DNA of 64,000 nucleotides from Escherichia coli (GTDB lineage Bacteria; Pseudomonadota; Gammaproteobacteria; Enterobacterales; Enterobacteriaceae): NCBI RefSeq assembly GCF_044647545.1, contig NZ_CP172818.1; one strand, 5' to 3'. Shown piece by piece: positions 53,207 to 64,000 of this stretch (position 1 is its first letter; each line of letters starts with the position of its first letter). The notes under the pieces were generated by a model. It saw only the letters and a program-made list of their open reading frames with translations, ran no database searches and was not told where the DNA came from. The position numbers and the translations under genes were made by a program.

Positions 53207-54151
53207 ATGCCAGAGGTACAAACAGATCAACCAGAGACGGCGGAGTTAAGCAAGCCACAACTACGCATGGTCGATCTCAACTTATTAACCGTTTTCGATG
53301 CCGTGATGCAGGAGCAAAACATCACCCGTGCCGCTCATGTTCTGGGGATGTCGCAACCTGCGGTCAGTAACGCGGTTGCACGCCTGAAGGTGATGTTTAA
53401 TGACGAGCTTTTTGTTCGTTATGGCCGTGGCATTCAACCGACTGCTCGCGCATTTCAACTTTTTGGTTCAGTTCGTCAGGCATTGCAATTAGTACAAAAT
53501 GAATTGCCAGGTTCAGGTTTTGAACCCGCGAGCAGTGAACGTGTATTTCATCTTTGTGTTTGCAGTCCGTTAGACAGCATTCTGACCTCGCAGATTTATA
53601 ATCACATTGAGCAAACTGCGCCAAATATACATGTTATGTTCAAGTCTTCATTAAATCAGAACACTGAACATCAACTGCGTTATCAGGAAACGGAGTTTGT
53701 GATTAGTTATGAAGACTTCCATCGTCCTGAATTTACCAGTGTGCCATTATTTAAAGATGAAATGGTGCTGGTAGCCAGCAAAAATCATCCAACAATTAAA
53801 GGCCCGTTACTGAAACATGATGTTTATAACGAACAACATGCGGCAGTTTCGCTCGATCGTTTCGCGTCATTTAGTCAACCGTGGTATGACACGGTAGATA
53901 AACAAGCCAGTATCGCGTATCAGGGCATGGCAATGATGAGTGTACTGAGCGTGGTGTCGCAAACGCATCTGGTCGCTATTGCGCCGCGTTGGTTGGCTGA
54001 AGAGTTCGCTGAATCCTTAGAGTTACAGGTATTACCGCTGCCGTTAAAACAAAACAGCAGAACCTGTTATCTCTCCTGGCATGAAGCTGCCGGGCGCGAT
54101 AAAGGCCATCAGTGGATGGAAGAGCAATTAGTCTCAATTTGCAAACGCTAA
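53207..54151 (+). CDS. leuO: LysR-family transcriptional regulator LeuO
   Basis: 314 aa with N-terminal HTH region. Confidence 0.94.
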   Translation: MPEVQTDQPETAELSKPQLRMVDLNLLTVFDAVMQEQNITRAAHVLGMSQPAVSNAVARLKVMFNDELFVRYGRGIQPTARAFQLFGSVRQALQLVQNELPGSGFEPASSERVFHLCVCSPLDSILTSQIYNHIEQTAPNIHVMFKSSLNQNTEHQLRYQETEFVISYEDFHRPEFTSVPLFKDEMVLVASKNHPTIKGPLLKHDVYNEQHAAVSLDRFASFSQPWYDTVDKQASIAYQGMAMMSVLSVVSQTHLVAIAPRWLAEEFAESLELQVLPLPLKQNSRTCYLSWHEAAGRDKGHQWMEEQLVSICKR

Positions 54152-54156
54152 CTGAA

Positions 54157-54203
54157 TGCAGAATAGGTCAGACATCAATGTCTGGTTTATTCTGCATTTT
54201 TTA
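54157..54203 (+). terminator. rho-independent terminator downstream of leuO
   Basis: Nested hairpin tgcagaata-ggtcagacatcaatgtctgg-tttattctgca followed by T6. Confidence 0.75.
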
Positions 54204-54468
54204 TTTAATGTAGGATTTTATTCTGAATGTGTGTTCTCTCTATTTTAGGATTAATTAAAAAAATAGAGAAATTGCTGTAAGTTGTAGGATTCAGCCGATT
54301 TATTATCAATTTAATCCTCTGTAATGGAGGATTTTATCGTTTCTTTTCACCTTTCCTCCTGTTTATTCTTATTACACCGTGTTTATGTCTCTGTCTGCCA
54401 ATTGCTTAAGCAAGATCGGACGGTTAATGTGTTTTACACATTTTTTCCGTCAAACAGTGAGGCAGGCC

Positions 54469-56193
54469 ATGGAGATGTTGTCTGGAGCCGAGATGGTCGT
54501 CCGATCGCTTATCGATCAGGGCGTTAAACAAGTATTCGGTTATCCCGGAGGCGCGGTCCTTGATATTTACGATGCATTGCATACCGTGGGTGGTATCGAT
54601 CATGTTTTAGTTCGTCATGAGCAGGCGGCGGTGCATATGGCCGATGGTCTGGCGCGCGCGACCGGGGAAGTCGGCGTCGTGCTGGTAACGTCGGGTCCAG
54701 GGGCGACCAATGCGATTACTGGCATTGCTACCGCTTATATGGATTCCATTCCCTTAGTTGTCCTTTCCGGGCAGGTAGCGACCTCGTTGATAGGCTACGA
54801 TGCCTTTCAGGAGTGCGACATGGTGGGGATTTCTCGCCCGGTGGTTAAACACAGTTTTCTGGTTAAGCAAACGGAAGACATTCCGCAGGTGCTGAAAAAG
54901 GCTTTCTGGCTGGCGGCAAGTGGTCGCCCTGGGCCCGTGGTCGTTGATTTACCCAAAGATATTCTTAATCCGGCGAACAAATTACCCTACGTCTGGCCGG
55001 AGTCGGTCAGTATGCGATCTTACAATCCCACGACCTCCGGGCATAAAGGGCAAATTAAGCGCGCTCTGCAAACGCTGGTGGCGGCAAAAAAACCGGTTGT
55101 CTATGTAGGCGGTGGGGCAATCACGGCGGGCTGTCATCAGCAGCTAAAAGAAACGGTGGAGGCGTTGAATCTGCCCGTTGTTTCCTCATTAATGGGGCTG
55201 GGGGCGTTTCCGGCAACGCATCGTCAGGCACTGGGCATGCTGGGAATGCACGGCACCTACGAAGCCAATATGACGATGCATAACGCGGATGTGATTTTTG
55301 CCGTCGGGGTGCGTTTTGATGACCGAACGACGAACAATCTGGCGAAGTACTGCCCAAATGCCACGGTTCTGCATATCGACATTGATCCTACTTCCATTTC
55401 TAAAACCGTGACTGCTGATATCCCGATTGTGGGGGATGCTCGCCAGGTCCTTGAACAAATGCTTGAACTCCTGTCGCAAGAATCCGTCCATCAACCGCTG
55501 GATGAGATCCGCGACTGGTGGCAACAGATTGAACAGTGGCGCGCTCGTCAGTGCCTGAAATATGACTCTCACAGTGAAAAGATTAAACCGCAGGCGGTGA
55601 TCGAGACTCTTTGGCGGTTGACGAAGGGAGACGCTTACGTGACGTCCGATGTCGGGCAGCACCAGATGTTTGCTGCGCTTTATTATCCATTCGACAAACC
55701 GCGTCGCTGGATCAACTCTGGCGGCCTCGGCACGATGGGGTTTGGTTTGCCTGCGGCACTGGGCGTCAAAATGGCGTTGCCAGAAGAAACCGTGGTTTGC
55801 GTCACTGGCGACGGCAGTATTCAGATGAACATCCAGGAACTGTCTACCGCCTTGCAATACGAGTTGCCGGTACTGGTGGTGAATCTCAATAACCGCTATC
55901 TGGGGATGGTGAAACAGTGGCAGGACATGATCTATTCCGGCCGTCATTCACAATCTTATATGCAATCGCTACCCGATTTCGTTCGTCTGGCGGAAGCCTA
56001 TGGTCACGTCGGGATCCAGATTTCTCATCCGCAAGAACTGGAAAGCAAACTTAGCGAGGCGCTGGAACAGGTGCGCAATAATCGCCTAGTGTTTGTTGAT
56101 GTCACCGTCGATGGCAGTGAGCACGTCTACCCGATGCAGATTCGCGGGGGCGGAATGGATGAAATGTGGTTAAGCAAAACGGAGAGAACCTGA
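54469..56193 (+). CDS. ilvI: acetolactate synthase III large subunit
   Basis: 574 aa from [21 protein letters not shown]...; TPP-dependent enzyme; track ORF has an upstream extension. Confidence 0.95.
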   Translation: MEMLSGAEMVVRSLIDQGVKQVFGYPGGAVLDIYDALHTVGGIDHVLVRHEQAAVHMADGLARATGEVGVVLVTSGPGATNAITGIATAYMDSIPLVVLSGQVATSLIGYDAFQECDMVGISRPVVKHSFLVKQTEDIPQVLKKAFWLAASGRPGPVVVDLPKDILNPANKLPYVWPESVSMRSYNPTTSGHKGQIKRALQTLVAAKKPVVYVGGGAITAGCHQQLKETVEALNLPVVSSLMGLGAFPATHRQALGMLGMHGTYEANMTMHNADVIFAVGVRFDDRTTNNLAKYCPNATVLHIDIDPTSISKTVTADIPIVGDARQVLEQMLELLSQESVHQPLDEIRDWWQQIEQWRARQCLKYDSHSEKIKPQAVIETLWRLTKGDAYVTSDVGQHQMFAALYYPFDKPRRWINSGGLGTMGFGLPAALGVKMALPEETVVCVTGDGSIQMNIQELSTALQYELPVLVVNLNNRYLGMVKQWQDMIYSGRHSQSYMQSLPDFVRLAEAYGHVGIQISHPQELESKLSEALEQVRNNRLVFVDVTVDGSEHVYPMQIRGGGMDEMWLSKTERT

Positions 56194-56195
56194 TT

Positions 56196-56687
56196 ATGCG
56201 CCGGATATTATCAGTCTTACTCGAAAATGAATCAGGCGCGTTATCCCGCGTGATTGGCCTTTTTTCCCAGCGTGGCTACAACATTGAAAGCCTGACCGTT
56301 GCGCCAACCGACGATCCGACATTATCGCGTATGACCATCCAGACCGTGGGCGATGAAAAAGTGCTTGAGCAGATCGAAAAGCAATTACACAAGCTGGTCG
56401 ATGTATTACGCGTGAGCGAGTTGGGGCAGGGGGCGCATGTTGAGCGGGAAATCATGCTGGTGAAAATTCAGGCCAGCGGCTACGGGCGTGACGAAGTGAA
56501 ACGTAATACGGAAATATTCCGTGGGCAAATTATCGATGTCACACCCTCGCTTTATACCGTTCAATTAGCAGGTACCAGCGATAAGCTTGATGCATTTTTA
56601 GCATCGATTCGCGATGTGGCGAAAATTGTGGAAGTTGCTCGCTCTGGTGTGGTCGGACTTTCGCGCGGCGAAAAAATAATGCGTTGA
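56196..56687 (+). CDS. ilvH: acetolactate synthase III small (regulatory) subunit
   Basis: 163 aa from [19 protein letters not shown]... (ACT domain). Confidence 0.95.
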
Positions 56688-56710
56688 GAATGATCTCAAT
56701 GCGCAATTTG

Positions 56711-56741
56711 CAGCCCAACATGTCACGTTGGGCTTTTTTTG
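56711..56741 (+). terminator. rho-independent terminator of ilvIH
   Basis: cagcccaacatgtcacgttgggc + T7. Confidence 0.85.
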
Positions 56742-56866
56742 CGAAATCAGTGGGAACCTGGAATAAAAGCAGTTGCCGCAGTTAATTTTCTGCGCTTAGA
56801 TGTTAATGAATTTAACCCATACCAGTACAATGGCTATGGTTTTTACATTTTACGCAAGGGGCAATT

Positions 56867-57871
56867 GTGAAACTGGATGAAATCGCTCGGCTGGCGGGAG
56901 TGTCGCGGACCACTGCAAGCTATGTTATTAACGGCAAAGCGAAGCAATACCGTGTGAGCGACAAAACCGTTGAAAAAGTCATGGCTGTGGTGCGTGAGCA
57001 CAATTACCACCCGAACGCCGTGGCAGCTGGGCTTCGTGCTGGACGCACACGTTCTATTGGTCTTGTGATCCCCGATCTGGAGAACACCAGCTATACCCGC
57101 ATCGCTAACTATCTTGAACGCCAGGCGCGGCAAAGGGGTTATCAACTGCTGATTGCCTGCTCGGAAGATCAGCCCGACAACGAAATGCGTTGTATCGAGC
57201 ATCTTTTGCAGCGTCAGGTTGATGCCATTATTGTTTCGACGTCGTTGCCACCTGAGCATCCTTTTTATCAACGCTGGGCTAACGACCCGTTCCCGATTGT
57301 CGCGCTGGACCGCGCCCTCGATCGTGAACATTTCACCAGCGTGGTTGGTGCCGATCAGGATGATGCCGAAATGCTGGCGGAAGAGTTACGTAAGTTTCCC
57401 GCCGAGACGGTACTTTATCTTGGCGCGCTGCCGGAGCTTTCTGTCAGCTTCCTGCGTGAACAAGGTTTCCGTACTGCCTGGAAAGATGATCCGCGCGAAG
57501 TGCATTTCCTTTATGCCAACAGCTATGAGCGGGAGGCGGCTGCCCAGTTATTCGAAAAATGGCTGGAAACGCATCCGATGCCGCAGGCACTGTTCACAAC
57601 GTCGTTTGCGTTGTTGCAAGGGGTGATGGATGTCACGCTACGTCGTGACGGCAAACTGCCTTCTGACCTGGCAATTGCCACCTTTGGCGATAACGAACTG
57701 CTCGACTTCTTACAGTGCCCGGTGCTGGCAGTGGCTCAACGTCACCGCGATGTCGCAGAGCGTGTGCTGGAGATTGTCCTGGCAAGCCTGGACGAACCGC
57801 GTAAGCCAAAACCTGGTTTAACGCGCATTAAACGTAATCTCTATCGCCGCGGCGTGCTCAGCCGTAGCTAA
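56867..57871 (+). CDS. cra: catabolite repressor/activator Cra (FruR), LacI family
   Basis: 334 aa starting at GTG 56867 (read as [23 protein letters not shown]...). Confidence 0.95.
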   Translation: MKLDEIARLAGVSRTTASYVINGKAKQYRVSDKTVEKVMAVVREHNYHPNAVAAGLRAGRTRSIGLVIPDLENTSYTRIANYLERQARQRGYQLLIACSEDQPDNEMRCIEHLLQRQVDAIIVSTSLPPEHPFYQRWANDPFPIVALDRALDREHFTSVVGADQDDAEMLAEELRKFPAETVLYLGALPELSVSFLREQGFRTAWKDDPREVHFLYANSYEREAAAQLFEKWLETHPMPQALFTTSFALLQGVMDVTLRRDGKLPSDLAIATFGDNELLDFLQCPVLAVAQRHRDVAERVLEIVLASLDEPRKPKPGLTRIKRNLYRRGVLSRS

Positions 57872-58384
57872 GCCGCGAACAAAAATACGCGCCAGGTGAA
57901 TTTCTCTCTGGCGCGTTGAGTACGGGAATGGACATCAATATCCTTAAAGTAAATAAGACTATTCCTGGCTATTATTGATAAATGCTTTTAAACCTGCCCG
58001 TTAATTACCTCACCAGCTGAAATTCACAATAATTAAGTGATATCGATAGCGCGTTTTTGCATTATTTTGTTACATGCAGAGATGAATTGCCGATTTAACA
58101 AACACTTTTCTTTGCTTTTGCGCAAACCCGCTGGCATCAAGCGCCACACAGACGCAACAGGGACTGTTAACCGGGGAAGATATGTCCTAAAATGCCGCTC
58201 GCGTCGCAAACTGACACTTTATATTTGCTGTGGAAAATAGTGAGTCATTTTAAAACGGTGATGACGATGAGGGATTTTTTCTTACAGCTATTCATAACGT
58301 TAATTTGCTTCGCACGTTGGACGTAAAATAAACAACGCTGATATTAGCCGTAAACATCGGGTTTTTTACCTCGGTATGCCTTGT

Positions 58385-58472
58385 GACTGGCTTGACAAGC
58401 TTTTCCTCCGCTCCGTAAACTCCTTTCAGTGGGAAATTGTGGGGCAAAGTGGGAATAAGGGGTGAGGCTGGC
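58385..58472 (+). promoter_or_regulatory. mra promoter (Pmra) with three direct GTGGG repeats (MraZ operator)
   Basis: TTGACA at about 58391; GTGGGaaattGTGGGgcaaaGTGGGaataa at 58427-58456 with 10-bp periodicity, just upstream of mraZ. Confidence 0.7.
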
Positions 58473-58931
58473 ATGTTCCGGGGAGCAACGTTAGTCAATC
58501 TCGACAGCAAAGGGCGCTTATCAGTGCCTACCCGTTATCGGGAACAGCTGCTTGAGAACGCTGCCGGTCAAATGGTTTGCACCATTGACATTCATCACCC
58601 GTGCCTGCTGCTTTACCCCCTGCCTGAATGGGAAATTATCGAGCAAAAATTATCGCGTCTGTCGAGCATGAACCCGGTTGAGCGCCGTGTGCAGCGCCTA
58701 CTGTTAGGTCATGCCAGCGAATGTCAGATGGATGGCGCAGGTCGATTGTTAATCGCGCCAGTACTGCGGCAACATGCCGGGCTGACAAAAGAAGTGATGC
58801 TGGTTGGACAGTTCAACAAGTTTGAGCTGTGGGATGAAACAACCTGGCATCAACAGGTCAAGGAAGATATCGACGCAGAGCAGTTGGCTACTGGAGACTT
58901 ATCGGAGCGACTGCAGGACTTGTCTCTATAA
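58473..58931 (+). CDS. mraZ: transcriptional regulator MraZ
   Basis: 152 aa from [23 protein letters not shown]... Confidence 0.95.
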
Positions 58932-58932
58932 A

Positions 58933-59874
58933 ATGATGGAAAACTATAAACATACTACGGTGCTGCTGGATGAAGCCGTTAATGGCCTCAATATCCGTCC
59001 TGATGGCATCTACATTGATGGGACTTTTGGTCGCGGTGGTCACTCACGTCTGATCCTCTCGCAGCTTGGCGAAGAGGGGCGTTTGCTGGCGATCGATCGC
59101 GACCCGCAGGCTATCGCCGTTGCGAAGACTATTGATGATCCGCGCTTCTCCATCATCCACGGACCTTTCTCCGCGCTGGGCGAATACGTTGCCGAGCGCG
59201 ATCTTATCGGCAAGATCGACGGCATTCTCCTCGATCTTGGCGTCTCTTCACCGCAACTTGATGATGCTGAACGCGGCTTTTCCTTTATGCGCGATGGTCC
59301 GCTGGACATGCGTATGGACCCAACCCGTGGGCAGTCAGCCGCTGAATGGCTACAAACCGCAGAAGAAGCCGATATCGCCTGGGTATTGAAAACCTATGGT
59401 GAAGAGCGTTTTGCCAAACGCATTGCCCGCGCCATTGTCGAGCGTAACCGCGAACAGCCGATGACCCGCACCAAAGAACTGGCGGAAGTCGTGGCTGCTG
59501 CAACGCCGGTGAAAGATAAGTTTAAACATCCCGCGACCCGTACCTTCCAGGCGGTGCGCATTTGGGTAAACAGTGAACTGGAGGAGATAGAGCAGGCGCT
59601 AAAAAGCTCGCTCAACGTGCTGGCCCCGGGTGGGCGGCTTTCGATCATCAGCTTCCACTCGCTGGAAGACCGTATTGTGAAACGTTTTATGCGTGAAAAC
59701 AGCCGCGGTCCGCAAGTTCCGGCAGGGTTACCGATGACTGAAGAGCAGCTCAAAAAACTGGGTGGCCGTCAGCTGCGAGCACTAGGCAAGTTAATGCCGG
59801 GTGAAGAAGAGGTGGCTGAGAACCCTCGTGCCCGTAGTTCAGTTCTGCGTATTGCAGAGAGGACGAACGCATGA
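58933..59874 (+). CDS. rsmH: 16S rRNA m4C1402 methyltransferase RsmH (MraW)
   Basis: 313 aa from [19 protein letters not shown]...; track ORF is an upstream extension across mraZ. Confidence 0.95.
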
Positions 59875-60236
59875 TCAGCAGAGTGACAGAAGCTCTAAGC
59901 AAAGTTAAAGGATCGATGGGAAGCCACGAGCGCCATGCATTGCCTGGTGTTATCGGTGATGATCTTTTGCGATTTGGGAAGCTGCCACTCTGCCTGTTCA
60001 TTTGCATTATTTTGACGGCGGTGACCGTGGTAACCACGGCGCACCATACCCGTTTACTGACCGCTCAGCGCGAACAACTGGTGCTGGAGCGAGATGCTTT
60101 AGACATTGAATGGCGCAACCTGATCCTTGAAGAGAATGCGCTCGGCGACCATAGCCGGGTGGAAAGGATCGCCACGGAAAAGCTGCAAATGCAGCATGTT
60201 GATCCGTCACAAGAAAATATCGTAGTGCAAAAATAA
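59871..60236 (+). CDS. ftsL: cell division protein FtsL
   Basis: 121 aa single-TM protein; ATGA overlap with rsmH. Confidence 0.95.
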
Positions 60237-60251
60237 GGATAAACGCGACGC

Positions 60252-62018
60252 ATGAAAGCAGCGGCGAAAACGCAGAAACCAAAACGTCAGGAAGAACATG
60301 CCAACTTTATCAGTTGGCGTTTTGCGTTGTTATGCGGCTGTATTCTCCTGGCGCTGGCTTTTCTGCTCGGACGCGTAGCGTGGTTACAAGTTATCTCCCC
60401 GGATATGCTGGTAAAAGAGGGCGACATGCGTTCTCTTCGCGTTCAGCAAGTTTCCACCTCCCGCGGCATGATTACTGACCGTTCTGGTCGCCCGTTAGCG
60501 GTGAGCGTGCCGGTAAAAGCGATTTGGGCTGACCCGAAAGAAGTGCATGACGCTGGCGGTATCAGCGTCGGTGATCGCTGGAAGGCGCTGGCTAACGCAC
60601 TCAATATTCCGCTGGATCAGCTTTCAGCCCGCATTAACGCCAACCCGAAAGGGCGCTTTATTTATCTGGCGCGTCAGGTAAACCCTGACATGGCAGAGTA
60701 CATCAAAAAACTGAAACTGCCGGGGATTCATCTGCGTGAAGAATCTCGCCGTTATTATCCATCCGGCGAAGTGACCGCTCACCTCATCGGCTTTACTAAC
60801 GTCGATAGTCAGGGGATTGAGGGCGTCGAGAAGAGTTTCGATAAATGGCTTACCGGGCAGCCGGGTGAGCGCATTGTGCGTAAAGACCGCTATGGTCGCG
60901 TAATTGAAGATATCTCTTCCACCGACAGTCAGGCGGCGCACAACCTGGCGCTGAGTATTGATGAACGCCTGCAGGCGCTGGTTTATCGCGAACTGAACAA
61001 CGCGGTGGCCTTTAACAAAGCTGAATCTGGTAGCGCCGTGCTGGTGGATGTCAACACCGGTGAAGTGCTGGCGATGGCTAACAGCCCGTCATACAACCCA
61101 AACAATCTGAGTGGCACGCCGAAAGAGGCGATGCGTAACCGTACCATCACTGACGTGTTTGAACCGGGTTCAACGGTTAAACCGATGGTGGTGATGACCG
61201 CGTTGCAACGTGGCGTAGTGCGGGAAAACTCGGTACTGAATACCGTTCCTTATCGAATTAACGGCCACGAAATCAAAGACGTGGCACGCTACAGCGAATT
61301 AACCCTGACCGGGGTATTACAGAAGTCGAGTAACGTCGGTGTTTCCAAGCTGGCGTTAGCGATGCCGTCCTCAGCGTTAGTAGATACTTACTCACGTTTT
61401 GGACTGGGAAAAGCGACCAATTTGGGGTTGGTCGGAGAACGCAGTGGCTTATATCCTCAAAAACAACGGTGGTCTGACATAGAGAGGGCCACCTTCTCTT
61501 TCGGCTACGGGCTAATGGTAACACCGTTACAGTTAGCGCGAGTCTACGCAACTATCGGCAGCTACGGCATTTATCGCCCACTGTCGATTACCAAAGTTGA
61601 CCCCCCGGTTCCCGGTGAACGAGTCTTCCCGGAATCCATTGTTCGCACCGTGGTGCATATGATGGAAAGCGTGGCGCTACCGGGCGGCGGCGGCGTGAAG
61701 GCGGCGATTAAAGGCTATCGTATCGCCATTAAAACCGGTACCGCGAAAAAGGTCGGGCCGGACGGTCGCTACATCAATAAATATATTGCTTATACCGCAG
61801 GCGTTGCGCCTGCGAGTCAGCCGCGCTTCGCGCTGGTTGTTGTTATCAACGATCCGCAGGCGGGTAAATACTACGGCGGCGCCGTTTCCGCGCCGGTCTT
61901 TGGTGCCATCATGGGCGGCGTATTGCGTACCATGAACATCGAACCGGATGCGCTGACAACGGGCGATAAAAATGAATTTGTGATTAATCAAGGCGAGGGG
62001 ACAGGTGGCAGATCGTAA
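60252..62018 (+). CDS. ftsI: peptidoglycan transpeptidase FtsI (PBP3)
   Basis: 588 aa with penicillin-binding motifs (STVK, SSN, KTG). Confidence 0.96.
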
Positions 62019-63492
62019 TTTGCGCGACCTTCTTGCTCCGTGGGTGCCAGACGCACCTTCGCGAGCACTGCGAGAGATGACACTCGACAGCCGTGTGGCT
62101 GCGGCGGGCGATCTCTTTGTAGCTGTAGTAGGTCATCAGGCGGACGGGCGTCGATATATCCCGCAGGCGATAGCGCAAGGTGTGGCTGCCATTATTGCAG
62201 AGGCGAAAGATGAGGCGACCGACGGTGAAATCCGTGAAATGCACGGCGTACCGGTCATCTATCTCAGCCAGCTCAACGAGCGTTTATCTGCACTGGCGGG
62301 CCGCTTTTACCATGAACCCTCTGACAATTTACGTCTCGTGGGCGTAACGGGCACCAACGGCAAAACCACGACGACCCAGCTGCTGGCGCAGTGGAGCCAA
62401 CTGCTTGGCGAAACCAGCGCGGTAATGGGCACCGTTGGTAACGGCCTGCTGGGGAAAGTGATCCCGACAGAAAATACAACCGGTTCGGCAGTCGATGTTC
62501 AGCATGAGCTGGCGGGGCTGGTGGATCAGGGCGCGACTTTTTGCGCAATGGAAGTTTCCTCCCACGGACTGGTACAGCACCGTGTGACGGCATTGAAATT
62601 TGCGGCGTCGGTCTTTACCAACTTAAGCCGCGATCACCTTGATTATCATGGTGATATGGAACACTACGAAGCCGCGAAATGGCTGCTTTATTCTGAGCAT
62701 CATTGCGGTCAGGCGATTATTAACGCCGACGATGAAGTGGGCCGCCGCTGGCTGGCAAAACTGCCGGACGCGGTTGCGGTATCAATGGAAGATCATATCA
62801 ATCCGAACTGTCACGGACGCTGGTTGAAAGCGACAGAAGTGAACTATCACGACAGCGGTGCGACGATTCGCTTTAGCTCAAGCTGGGGCGATGGCGAAAT
62901 TGAAAGCCATCTGATGGGCGCTTTTAACGTCAGCAACTTGCTGCTGGCGCTGGCGACGCTGCTGGCGCTGGGCTATCCGTTGGCTGACCTGCTGAAAACT
63001 GCCGCACGCCTGCAGCCGGTTTGTGGACGTATGGAAGTGTTCACTGCGCCAGGCAAACCGACGGTAGTGGTGGATTACGCGCATACACCGGATGCACTGG
63101 AAAAAGCCTTACAGGCGGCGCGCCTGCACTGTGCGGGCAAGCTGTGGTGCGTCTTTGGCTGTGGTGGCGATCGTGATAAAGGCAAACGTCCACTGATGGG
63201 CGCAATTGCTGAAGAGTTCGCTGACGTGGCGGTGGTGACGGACGATAACCCGCGTACCGAAGAACCGCGTGCCATCATCAACGATATTCTGGCGGGAATG
63301 TTAGATGCCGGACATGCCAAAGTGATGGAAGGCCGTGCTGAAGCGGTGACTTGCGCCGTTATGCAGGCTAAAGAGAATGATGTGGTACTGGTCGCGGGCA
63401 AAGGTCATGAGGATTACCAGATTGTTGGCAATCAGCGTCTGGACTACTCCGATCGCGTCACGGTGGCGCGTCTGCTGGGGGTGATTGCATGA
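62005..63492 (+). CDS. murE: UDP-N-acetylmuramoyl-L-alanyl-D-glutamate--2,6-diaminopimelate ligase MurE
   Basis: 495 aa Mur ligase (GTNGKTT). Confidence 0.96.
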
Positions 63493-64000
63493 TTAGCGTA
63501 ACCCTTAGCCAACTTACCGATATTCTCAACGGTGAACTAAAAGGGGCAGATATCACCCTTGATGCTGTAACCACAGACACACGAAAACTGACGCCGGGTT
63601 GCCTGTTTGTTGCCCTGAAAGGCGAACGTTTCGATGCCCATGATTTTGCTGACCAGGCGAAAGCTGGCGGAGCGGGTGCACTACTGGTTAACCGTCCGCT
63701 GGATATCGATCTGCCGCAGGTAATCGTCAAGGATACTCGTCTGGCGTTTGGTGAACTGGCTGCATGGGTTCGCCAGCAAGTTCCGGCGCGCGTGGTTGCT
63801 CTGACCGGTTCCTCCGGCAAAACCTCCGTTAAAGAGATGACGGCAGCGATTTTAAGCCAGTGTGGCAACACGCTTTATACGGCAGGCAATCTCAACAACG
63901 ACATCGGTGTACCGATGACGCTGTTGCGCTTAACGCCAGAGTACGATTACGCAGTAATTGAACTTGGCGCGAACCATCAGGGCGAAATTGCCTGGACTGT
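63489..64000 (+). CDS. murF: UDP-MurNAc-pentapeptide synthetase MurF, 5' part (runs off window)
   Basis: ATG 63489 overlapping murE stop; [21 protein letters not shown]...GSSGKTS. Confidence 0.9.
   Translation, partial: MISVTLSQLTDILNGELKGADITLDAVTTDTRKLTPGCLFVALKGERFDAHDFADQAKAGGAGALLVNRPLDIDLPQVIVKDTRLAFGELAAWVRQQVPARVVALTGSSGKTSVKEMTAAILSQCGNTLYTAGNLNNDIGVPMTLLRLTPEYDYAVIELGANHQGEIAWT

Noticed and set aside
57886-57918. Hairpin acgcgccag...ctggcgcgt downstream of cra as an intrinsic terminator
   Set aside because: No T-run follows the stem; kept only as a possible structure, not annotated as a terminator. The same applies to the kefC-downstream hairpin at 18951-18984.

Overview
This window is a colinear ~64 kb stretch of an Escherichia coli / Shigella-type chromosome matching the K-12 carB-to-murF region (about minutes 0.7-2). 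Gene order read from the ORF track and sequence: carA (3' end), carB, caiF, caiE-caiD-caiC-caiB-caiA-caiT (minus strand), fixABCX, yaaU, kefF-kefC, folA, apaH-apaG-rsmA-pdxA-surA-lptD (minus), djlA, an intact yabP-like pentapeptide-repeat gene, rluA-rapA-polB (minus), araD-araA-araB (minus) with divergent araC, yabI, thiQ-thiP-thiB (minus) with a TPP riboswitch leader, sgrR (minus) with divergent sgrS/sgrT, leuD-leuC-leuB-leuA-leuL (minus), leuO, ilvI-ilvH, cra, and mraZ-rsmH-ftsL-ftsI-murE-murF (5' end). All long ORFs are accounted for by this conserved backbone; I find no foreign gene cluster, CRISPR array, IS element or prophage. The strain is not K-12: setA is absent between sgrS and leuD, sgrT is truncated, yabP is intact, and REP copy numbers differ. 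The two features the backbone does not explain are (1) a ~600 bp block of almost pure homopolymer runs at 45117-45716 that overruns the sgrR stop codon and sits upstream of the thiB riboswitch, and (2) a ~140 bp strongly A/C-skewed tract between folA and apaH. Both look more like sequencing, assembly or synthetic artefacts than biology, but cannot be dismissed from sequence alone. All K-12 comparisons are from memory and no searches or alignments were run.
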